A DNA stretch of 64,000 nucleotides from the IMG/VR virus record IMGVR_UViG_3300038755_000021, positions 1 to 64,000 of that record; one strand, written 5' to 3'. Position 1 is the stretch's first letter, and every line of letters starts with the position of its first letter. Made by a program: the position numbers and the translations under genes. A model generated the notes under the pieces. It saw nothing but the letters and a program-made list of their open reading frames with translations, was not told the origin of the DNA and searched no databases. Below are positions 1 through 6,824 of this stretch, piece by piece. The stretch is from an uncultured virus (IMG/VR IMGVR_UViG_3300038755_000021). Lineage: Duplodnaviria > Heunggongvirae > Uroviricota > Caudoviricetes.

Positions 1-78
1 TAATTCATTACGTAATTTATTATATAATCCATTAGATAATTTATTATCTAATTTATAATATATACTATTTATTTTCAT
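1..78 (-). CDS. Tetrapeptide-repeat micro-ORF (partial, runs off window)
   Basis: Manual translation MKINSIYYKLDNKLSNGLYNKLRNEL...; ATGA overlap with the stop of 75..374. Confidence 0.6.
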   Translation of the reverse strand, partial: MKINSIYYKLDNKLSNGLYNKLRNEL

Positions 79-374
79 TTTAACAATTTTATTATTTTTT
101 TTAATATTGGATCTGTGTATTTTTCATAAAATTTATCATAATCTCCTGAATTACTTTTGATTACAAAAACTATAAAATATGCAAACAGAAATAATATAAT
201 TATCACACAAATAATTAAGGCAAAAGGTAAAAGACTATGAGTGTATGTATCAGTACATGAATAACCACAATTACTATGATTTTTTATCGTGATTATAACC
301 CAATATATACATCTAAGAGAACATATTATAAATATATATTTTACAAGAAATTTTATTAATTTTGATGTTAACAT
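75..374 (-). CDS. Hypothetical membrane protein
   Basis: 99 aa ORF with two hydrophobic segments. Confidence 0.6.
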   Translation of the reverse strand: MLTSKLIKFLVKYIFIICSLRCIYWVIITIKNHSNCGYSCTDTYTHSLLPFALIICVIIILFLFAYFIVFVIKSNSGDYDKFYEKYTDPILKKIIKLLK

Positions 375-536
375 TTTTTAATTTTAAAAAGGTCAGCTGC
401 ACAATAGCTGAATCCTTGGGTTTCCAAACTTTTTAACAAATTTATAATTGCTTGTGTCTATCTACAATAAGTCACTACTTTTAGTGGCTTATTATAAAGG
501 ATTGTGCCCTTTATATCATGTTTTATATTATGATTG

Positions 537-671
537 CTATAATATAATATCAGCTAAGCAAAATCCAGCAGCAAAAGATGAGATCATTGCTGCTCTATAA
601 TTTTCTTTTTTATAATTCAAACATGCGAATAACACATTTAAAATAGTTAAAATTAATAATGTTGTTATCAT
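537..671 (-). CDS. Small membrane protein (44 aa, not in ORF track)
   Basis: Manual translation MITTLLILTILNVLFACLNYKKENYRAAMISSFAAGFCLADIIL; A-rich leader. Confidence 0.6.
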   Translation of the reverse strand: MITTLLILTILNVLFACLNYKKENYRAAMISSFAAGFCLADIIL

Positions 672-688
672 TTTATTTTATTTAAAAA

Positions 689-919
689 TTAAAAAATAGG
701 TACAGACTTAGACGTTTTATTAAATAACTCATTAGATAATTCATTATATAATTGAACATTTAATTCAATCTTTAATTCAATACTTAATTGATCATATAAT
801 TCATTACGTAATTCATTACGTAATTCATTATCTAATTCATTACGTAATTCAATACTTAATTGATCATATAATTCATAATTTAAGTAATTAATTGAATTAA
901 ATATTTTACATATTTTCAT
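689..919 (-). CDS. Tetrapeptide (L-x-N-E) repeat protein
   Basis: ELRNELDNELRNELRNEL; start probably ATG 919 (MKI...), matching the paralogs. Confidence 0.65.
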   Translation of the reverse strand: MKICKIFNSINYLNYELYDQLSIELRNELDNELRNELRNELYDQLSIELKIELNVQLYNELSNELFNKTSKSVPIF

Positions 920-1127
920 TTTCTCTGTTTTCATTTTTTCTAAGTTTAACATCTAATTTATCAAATAAGTCTAAATCAATATCATCATATAATTTATCAC
1001 ATACAATAGATGATAATTTTTTATATAAATCTTTACGTAATTGCTGATTAATAGTATGTAACTCATGATCTAGTTCATCATTTAACAAATTAATTAATTC
1101 AATTATTTTTTTATTATTACTTTTCAT
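906..1127 (-). CDS. Degenerate tetrapeptide-repeat protein
   Basis: Leu every 4 residues (LNDELDHELH, LFDKLDVKL). Confidence 0.6.
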   Translation of the reverse strand: MKSNNKKIIELINLLNDELDHELHTINQQLRKDLYKKLSSIVCDKLYDDIDLDLFDKLDVKLRKNENRENENM

Positions 1128-1357
1128 CTTACTATTTGATTTAATGCAGGATGCAATATATGATTAAGCTTAGGAGATCTTTCTTTTTTATCAATATCAG
1201 AATTCAATAAATTAGATAGCTGTACTCTAAGATCCCAATCTAAACGTACTTTAAGATCATAATTTAACTGAATATCTAACTCACGTAATTCATTTTTTTT
1301 TGAATTATTTCCTATCCTATATAGTTTATTATATACAAATTTATTATCTGCTTTCAT
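1124..1357 (-). CDS. Degenerate tetrapeptide-repeat protein
   Basis: LDIQLNYDLKVRLDWDLRVQL; ATGA overlaps with neighbours. Confidence 0.6.
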   Translation of the reverse strand: MKADNKFVYNKLYRIGNNSKKNELRELDIQLNYDLKVRLDWDLRVQLSNLLNSDIDKKERSPKLNHILHPALNQIVR

Positions 1358-1962
1358 TTTATTTTTGGTCTAAAACTAGTTTTTAAATCAAATCCATGAG
1401 ATTGGATTCTAATATTATTATCTCCAATTGGTACAACTGGTTCTTTTATTTGAGAACTCAAATAATCATTTAATATTATCCAAGTATCTCTTGCTGATAA
1501 AATAGAAGGTATATTAATATCTTTTAATATTGGAAATCTTATTAATTCTGATAATTCTCCCTTATAATCTAGTCTATACATTAATATAGCGCAATTATTT
1601 TCTGAATTCAAAGTTGTATTTAATATTACTTTTGATAATATAAAATCAATAGAGTGTTTAAAATAAGAATATGTATAAATAATATCTTTGGTATTATCAT
1701 ATTTTCTTCCCCATGATTTTAATCCCCATAAACTTATTTTAGATTCATTATGGAATTTTTTCAAACCACTTCCGTAATAAAAGTTATCATCTTTATATAT
1801 ACCTTCTATTCTTTTATTTCCTATACATACTATTATGACTTCACCATCATTTAATGTAAATTTATTACCACCACCTCTTCTATCTAATATTAGTTTTGAA
1901 TCTTCTCCAAATACTCCTATTAAATAATCATAATAATCTTTGTACTTACTTAATATTTTCAT
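1354..1962 (-). CDS. Hypothetical phage protein
   Basis: 202 aa ORF; MKILSKYKDYYDY start and HGFDLKTSFR end look like a recurrent phage family. Confidence 0.8.
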   Translation of the reverse strand: MKILSKYKDYYDYLIGVFGEDSKLILDRRGGGNKFTLNDGEVIIVCIGNKRIEGIYKDDNFYYGSGLKKFHNESKISLWGLKSWGRKYDNTKDIIYTYSYFKHSIDFILSKVILNTTLNSENNCAILMYRLDYKGELSELIRFPILKDINIPSILSARDTWIILNDYLSSQIKEPVVPIGDNNIRIQSHGFDLKTSFRPKIK

Positions 1963-2156
1963 TTGATTATGTAACTTTCTCTAAGATTACTTAATAACAG
2001 TGTATTGGTTTCAAACTTTATTAAATTGTATTTTTTTATTGTTTCATTTATATATTCTTCAAAATTTAATATTGGAATATATAATGATAAAGTCATTGGT
2101 TCCTGGTGTTTATTTATGATTTTACACCACATTAAAATTTTAGTTTCTTTGTTCAT
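1959..2156 (-). CDS. Hypothetical protein
   Basis: Start moved to ATG 2156 because the longer start lies inside a terminator hairpin. Confidence 0.55.
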   Translation of the reverse strand: MNKETKILMWCKIINKHQEPMTLSLYIPILNFEEYINETIKKYNLIKFETNTLLLSNLRESYIIK

Positions 2157-2165
2157 AAATTTCTT

Positions 2166-2201
2166 AAAAAAATACTTAAGCACCCTAAGATGCTTAAGTA
2201 T
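2166..2201 (-). terminator. Intrinsic terminator
   Basis: ATACTTAAGCA / TGCTTAAGTAT stem, then a U-tract on the minus strand. Confidence 0.75.
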
Positions 2202-2209
2202 CTTGTTAG

Positions 2210-2575
2210 TTAATCTTTTACTTTTTCTTTTAATCCTTTTAAAGGATCAAATTTCATTTGAATTCCAAAAAAGTAAAGTCCTTTTGGAATTACACAATGA
2301 TTATGATCTTTTTTTGGTAGAATAACTGCCTTGTTCATTGAAATATTTAAATGTTGTTTCAATGAATGGTTTAGTATAGACTTTGTTTTCACATCTATAA
2401 TAAATCCATTTGCAGTTGCATATTGATCATACTCTCCAAATAATGCATGAAAACTTCCACTACTACTTGATTCAGCAATAAAAGTTTTATTAATTTTTCT
2501 TGCATCATTTGGTAATGCAGAGATTTCAAAAACTTGGACATCCCCTTGGAAGCCAATTTGTTTAATTATTTCCAT
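2210..2575 (-). CDS. Small QGDV-motif protein, typical partner of DUF6745-like genes
   Basis: GFQGDV...AES..SGSFH...DH...IPKGLY...DP pattern; adjacent to 2585..3649. Confidence 0.6.
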   Translation of the reverse strand: MEIIKQIGFQGDVQVFEISALPNDARKINKTFIAESSSSGSFHALFGEYDQYATANGFIIDVKTKSILNHSLKQHLNISMNKAVILPKKDHNHCVIPKGLYFFGIQMKFDPLKGLKEKVKD

Positions 2576-2584
2576 AATCTTTTT

Positions 2585-3649
2585 TTAAGTTGTAAATAAT
2601 TTCCAATTGTACTCCAAAGTTTTTGGAATTCCCTTTGGTCTGTGAAATTTTGCTGCATCTATTACGTTTGTAAAAGAAGGGCAAGAATCAATAAGATATG
2701 TTTGTCCTGTTGATGCACAAGACTCTTCTAACCATGCATATGGCACGTCAGTGTTCCCTTTAGAATCTACTAAAAAGGAATACTTTTCTTTAGTTTTGTA
2801 ATACTTAAGAGTTTCTTCTTTACCATTGTCATGCTTAATTGTTTGCTGATCTATTAAATTAGCATTCAGAAATTTCAGTAACCCTTTATTTCCTTCATTT
2901 TCTTTGATAAGAGTTATGATACCACCTCTTATATCTTCATTTTCTTCATTGTTGAAATCATCAAAAGTAAGAGTTTTACTGAAATATTTATCAAATACCC
3001 ATTCTGGTATTGCTCTACCATTCAGGAAGTGATATTTTTTATCAGGATAGACAATTGCTCCTTCATTGGTTGTACAATGAAGAAAATTATCATTTCTGTT
3101 TATTTTCATTGGCATTCTAAGTACCAGGCACACTTTTTCACAAAAGAATGCTTTTGCAATGTTAGCCTTATTTACTTTTTCATAAAGCCAATCCAATATC
3201 TCTGCTTTTGATGTTTCCAATTTGAATTCATCTTTGATGAATTTATACCACATCAAATATACTCTTGAGTATTCACTAGCTATAAATAGATAATGATACT
3301 GTACTGCTATCATATTAGTAATTGTTGGAGTAGTTACTTTCAATAACTTTTTATTTAATTTAACTCCATTGTTTTTTACATCATATAAATGTTCAATTTT
3401 AGCATCATATGCTGTTGAATTAAATATTTGATTGTAATACTCTTTGTATTGTTCTATTGAATTAGCAATTACAATTACTGGTTTTTTTTCTCCAGCCAGT
3501 TCATATATTTTTTCAATATACTCTACTGTATTTTTCCGTTTCCAAGAAGCATACTCCTTTCCGGAGTATAAATCTTTTATTGCTCTATCTTGATAGATAG
3601 AAATTTTACTTTTAATTTCTTCTGTGAAATCGTTAGTTGTTTTTTTCAT
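2585..3649 (-). CDS. DUF6745-like protein
   Basis: LHC..EGAIVYPD...FLNGRAIPEWV, NEENEDIR and CASTGQTY motifs recognised by eye. Confidence 0.6.
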   Translation of the reverse strand: MKKTTNDFTEEIKSKISIYQDRAIKDLYSGKEYASWKRKNTVEYIEKIYELAGEKKPVIVIANSIEQYKEYYNQIFNSTAYDAKIEHLYDVKNNGVKLNKKLLKVTTPTITNMIAVQYHYLFIASEYSRVYLMWYKFIKDEFKLETSKAEILDWLYEKVNKANIAKAFFCEKVCLVLRMPMKINRNDNFLHCTTNEGAIVYPDKKYHFLNGRAIPEWVFDKYFSKTLTFDDFNNEENEDIRGGIITLIKENEGNKGLLKFLNANLIDQQTIKHDNGKEETLKYYKTKEKYSFLVDSKGNTDVPYAWLEESCASTGQTYLIDSCPSFTNVIDAAKFHRPKGIPKTLEYNWKLFTT

Positions 3650-3657
3650 GTTTAAGG

Positions 3658-3762
3658 TTAATTTAATTTAATATTTAATTTATTTAATTCATTATGTAAT
3701 CCATTATATAATTCATTATATAATTCATTATATAATTTATTATCTATGTTATGTATTTTCAT
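3658..3762 (-). CDS. Tetrapeptide-repeat micro-ORF (34 aa, not in track)
   Basis: MKIHNIDNKLYNELYNELYNGLHNELNKLNIKLN. Confidence 0.6.
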   Translation of the reverse strand: MKIHNIDNKLYNELYNELYNGLHNELNKLNIKLN

Positions 3763-3769
3763 AATTGTT

Positions 3770-3919
3770 TTAAATGAAAATAATTGTTAATAACCATAAT
3801 ATAGTTAAAATCCATGTTGTATATTTTACTAATGAATCATCTTTAAACTCTAAAGATATTATTTCTCTTAAACCAATAATACACAATGGTATTATTACGA
3901 ACAATGTTACATTTATCAT
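3770..3919 (-). CDS. Small two-TM protein, paralog of 6608..6763
   Basis: MINVTLFVIIPLCIIGLREIISLEFKDDSLVKYTTWILTILWLLTIIFI. Confidence 0.7.
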   Translation of the reverse strand: MINVTLFVIIPLCIIGLREIISLEFKDDSLVKYTTWILTILWLLTIIFI

Positions 3920-3941
3920 TTTGTATTTATTTTAAAAGGTT

Positions 3942-3981
3942 AAAAAATAGGTACAGAATTAGACGTTTCCAAATCTGTACC
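3942..3981 (-). terminator. Intrinsic terminator
   Basis: GGTACAGA...TCTGTACC stem with a minus-strand U-tract. Confidence 0.65.
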
Positions 3982-3993
3982 AGGCAAAAGGGT

Positions 3994-4158
3994 TTAATTT
4001 AGTGGTAATATTTTATTATTATTTATCCATTTTCTTAAAAATAGAACACTTTCTAGTGCTCTATCTTTTATTTCAGAAATAGATTTATCAGGATTTACTA
4101 TTAATAAAGCCTGGATATTCTTTTTTAATAATTTTTGTTCTAAAGAGTTTAGTTTCAT
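3994..4158 (-). CDS. Hypothetical 54 aa protein (not in track)
   Basis: MKLNSLEQKLLKKNIQALL...; ATGA overlap with the upstream ORF. Confidence 0.55.
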   Translation of the reverse strand: MKLNSLEQKLLKKNIQALLIVNPDKSISEIKDRALESVLFLRKWINNNKILPLN

Positions 4159-4747
4159 ATGATTAAGATATTATTGACAGTTGATAAACAGTCTATAAAA
4201 TAGACATTATTTTCATACTCAATATCTTCTACACGTGTATGTCCTACAATATGTGTACAGTTATCTATTTTACACTTTTGTAGAGACCTCGGTCTTATCC
4301 ATACTGGACTTTGACTTACATTATCTCCTGATGGATCTATGCCTTCAAAACAAAATGCTGGTTGTTTATATTTAAACATTTCATTTATTTCAAAGACTAG
4401 ATTTTCTAATGGTTGATATGGATCTATATCATAGTTTTTACACCATATTTTTGATACTCCTGCATGAGAACACAGGTAATTATCAAATGTATATGACATT
4501 TTTAATATATCCATATTTTGAAGCAAGAGTTCTCTTATTTGAAATGAATATATTGGTTGATATCCACTATATCTTTCTTGACTAACATAATCTTATCAAA
4601 ATCTCTAGAATATTTACATATGTCTAGAAAGTTTGACATTTGTTGGTCTGCTGATATATCCCGAGAGTCAAAATAATCTCCTATGAATATATCTGGAAGA
4701 AACTGTTTCCATACAGTTCTTCCATGTGTATCACCTATTATTTTCAT
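4155..4747 (-). pseudogene. Calcineurin-like metallophosphoesterase, frameshifted by an internal deletion
   Basis: GDTHG and GDYFD in one frame; YSGYQP, HAG, WIRP and GHT in another; GNH motif missing at the junction near 4580. Confidence 0.75.
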
Positions 4748-4752
4748 ATTAT

Positions 4753-4845
4753 TTAATTTAATTTATCATATAATTTATTATATAATTGAACATCTAATTC
4801 ATTACTTAATTCAATACTTAATTGATTATCTAATTCATTAAATGA
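4753..4845 (-). pseudogene. Headless tetrapeptide-repeat ORF remnant
   Basis: SFNELDNQLSIELSNELDVQLYNKLYDKLN*; no start codon; in frame directly after the stop of 4846..5187. Confidence 0.55.
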
Positions 4846-5187
4846 TTAATTGTTTTTTACAATATTAACTTCAATAAAGCTCCCATTTTTTAATTGGGCT
4901 TTTTCCCAGTTATTAGTTTTATACTTGGCTTTTACACCAAGTTTTCTTAATATATCTTCAGTAATACAGTTACTATAAGTAACTATTTCAGCACCCTCAA
5001 AAGGCTTTTTGCTAAATATAGCTCCCCAACTTATTACACTACCAATATATTTTCTTGTTATTTTACCTCCATTAAGGAAATATTTTAATGATCCTTTATT
5101 AGGTGATAACGTTGGTAACAAGGCTATTCCTGTTAGAGTATGGTGCCCAATAACACCAGATCTCTTAATGTAAATTTTGTGATTCAT
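4846..5187 (-). CDS. Hypothetical protein
   Basis: 113 aa ORF with an A-rich leader. Confidence 0.7.
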   Translation of the reverse strand: MNHKIYIKRSGVIGHHTLTGIALLPTLSPNKGSLKYFLNGGKITRKYIGSVISWGAIFSKKPFEGAEIVTYSNCITEDILRKLGVKAKYKTNNWEKAQLKNGSFIEVNIVKNN

Positions 5188-5269
5188 ATTAAATAATTTA
5201 AATTGTTAAACTTTATAGAGTGTATATTAATGTATAAGATTAATTTCACCTATTTAATAAATTGTAAAT

Positions 5270-5292
5270 TAACACTCCTTATATATAGTATA
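5270..5292 (-). repeat. TAACACTCCTTATATATAGTATA motif (identical copy at 6344-6366; related copies at 6255-6270 and inverted at 5370-5387)
   Basis: Direct sequence identity. Confidence 0.85.
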
Positions 5293-5541
5293 TCATTTTT
5301 AGTAAGCAGTAATCAGATATCTTCAAGTTAACTAATTAACTGTATCCACAAAACCTACTAAAACATTACCTATATAAAGGAGTGTTAATTAACAATCCTA
5401 AATATATGAAAACAAAATAAATGTTCAAAATAACTTTGTTTCTTATTACCAACCCCCTTATTACAATTGTAATATATGTAAAACTGCATAGAGTACAAAG
5501 TGAAAAACTCCCCCTCAGTTTATTTACAGGTAACATTATTA

Positions 5542-5711
5542 CCCTCTGCACTCAGTTTTAATGACAGACTCAATAACTTAGAGTTTCTTGGACTTATTTA
5601 TTTCAAAAAGTATCCTACTGTCTACTTTAGGTGTTATAACCTAATATTACTATGAATTTCTCATAGTTCAATTACAACTGCTCATCCTTGGGAAATGAGA
5701 ATGGTGCATTA
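5542..5711 (-). ncRNA. Twister-ribozyme-like RNA, copy 1, with a large branched P5 insertion
   Basis: UAA-UGCA-CC-AUU-CUCAU-U-UCCC-AA-GG-AUGAG-[stem]-AG-UGCA-GA-GGG. Confidence 0.55.
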
Positions 5712-5738
5712 CTTTAGCTATAGTAATGTTATTTATTT

Positions 5739-5797
5739 AAAAAAATGGTATAGCACTTACCAGCAAATTACTGTTGGTTTTATAGTACTATACCATT
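5739..5797 (-). terminator. Long hairpin / intrinsic terminator
   Basis: AATGGTATAG...CTATACCATT stem with a minus-strand U-tract. Confidence 0.6.
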
Positions 5798-5850
5798 ATA
5801 TTAATGGTCTGAATAACAATAATATATATATATATGTTATTCAGAGATTT

Positions 5851-5906
5851 TCTAAGCAACCGTAACCTACTTAGATTTACTTAACTTGGTGATCACGGCT
5901 ATCACC
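5851..5906 (-). ncRNA. Two hairpins with complementary loops
   Basis: GGUGAU/AUCACC and UCUAAG/CUUAGA stems; loops CCGUG and UACGG can pair. Confidence 0.4.
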
Positions 5907-5980
5907 TAACGCTAGAAGCCTTGAACCTAGGTACCAGGTATGCAAGCTGACTTGTGGCTTACAATTTCTTTTTTTATAAC

Positions 5981-6057
5981 TAAATAACTGTACCAACATG
6001 CATACTCAACCAATATTCCCATGGAATTATTGTATACACATTGATACAGATTATTTA
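5981..6057 (-). ncRNA. Repeated hairpin with CAAUAA...GAG internal motif (other copies 6427-6463, 6470-6538)
   Basis: CUGUAUCA/UGGUACAG stem conserved; inner stems differ in sequence but still pair. Confidence 0.55.
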
Positions 6058-6060
6058 GAT

Positions 6061-6182
6061 TAATTGCAATAGTCTTCTTGAGAGAATAAATAGTAAGTTC
6101 TCACCTTACCTAAATGTCAGGATTAGATATTATCACCTGATTCTGGCTTTCATTTATACCAGCATTTAAACTATTACAATTA
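6061..6182 (-). ncRNA. Multi-stem RNA with a three-way junction and an H-type pseudoknot
   Basis: 13-bp closing stem; UAAAUG/CAUUUA, CUGG/CCAG, UCAGG/CCUGA; GGUAAG/CUUACU crossing GAGAA/UUCUC. Confidence 0.55.
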
Positions 6183-6184
6183 TT

Positions 6185-6255
6185 TCACTCTGCACTCAAT
6201 TGTAATACATGTGGTTACAATTGCTTACCCTTGTGAAGTAAGTTATGGTGCATTA
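6185..6255 (-). ncRNA. Twister-ribozyme-like RNA, copy 2 (compact)
   Basis: UAA-UGCA-CC-AUAA-CUUAC-U-UCAC-AA-GG-GUAAG-CAAUUGUAA..UUACAAUUG-AG-UGCA-GA-GUGA. Confidence 0.6.
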
Positions 6256-6276
6256 CACTCCTTATATATATAATCA

Positions 6277-6316
6277 AAAAAGATCTGGATCAACAATAAA
6301 TGCCAATCCAAACCTT
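6277..6316 (-). terminator. Intrinsic terminator (homologous to 6549-6587)
   Basis: GGUUUGGAUUGGCA...UGUUGAUCCAGAUC-UUUUU. Confidence 0.65.
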
Positions 6317-6548
6317 AACTAATTCATTATCTAACTTATTATGTAACACTCCTTATATATAGTATACATTTATCTTTTATAGACTAAATGTCAGGTTAAA
6401 CCTGACAAAATGACTATAAACAGTAAATCTGCATACTCTATATTAGGCTTTATTGATACAGATACCCAGTAAACTGTACCAATACACACACTCATCTAGA
6501 ATACTCTAGCTTATTGTGCATGTAATGATACAGATTAAATGTAATTAT

Positions 6549-6587
6549 AAAAAAAGTCTGGACCAACAAAGTTGGCTAGCCCAACCT
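6549..6587 (-). terminator. Intrinsic terminator
   Basis: GGUUGGGCUAGC...GUUGGUCCAGACU-UUUUUU. Confidence 0.6.
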
Positions 6588-6607
6588 CATCAATCCAGGC
6601 TTATGTT

Positions 6608-6763
6608 TCAAATATTGTAGGCTACTACTGCTAGTAGCCATATAGCAACCAGAAATCCCATTACCCATTTTATCATGGGTGTTTCTTGGAATTCCAATTT
6701 AACTATCTCTCTTGTGCCAAATAGGCACAAGGGCATGATGAAATATAAAGTAAATGCTATCAT
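6608..6763 (-). CDS. Small two-TM protein, paralog of 3770..3919 (not in track)
   Basis: MIAFTLYFIMPLCLFGTREIVKLEFQETPMIKWVMGFLVAIWLLAVVAYNI. Confidence 0.7.
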   Translation of the reverse strand: MIAFTLYFIMPLCLFGTREIVKLEFQETPMIKWVMGFLVAIWLLAVVAYNI

Positions 6764-6783
6764 TGCTTATTTTTAAAGGTTAG

Positions 6784-6824
6784 AAAAAAGACTTAACACT
6801 ATCAATGACAATAGTGTTAAGTCT
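6784..6824 (-). terminator. Intrinsic terminator
   Basis: Perfect 14-bp stem AGACTTAACACTAT/ATAGTGTTAAGTCT plus U-tract. Confidence 0.8.

Noticed and set aside
1..4845. CRISPR array or DGR template/variable repeat in the 12-nt repeats
   Set aside because: No constant repeat with unique spacers, no long pair differing only at adenines, and no reverse transcriptase in the window.
5366..5551. 61 aa minus-strand ORF
   Set aside because: Its GTG start lies within the twister-like core and it crosses a repeat motif; probably spurious.
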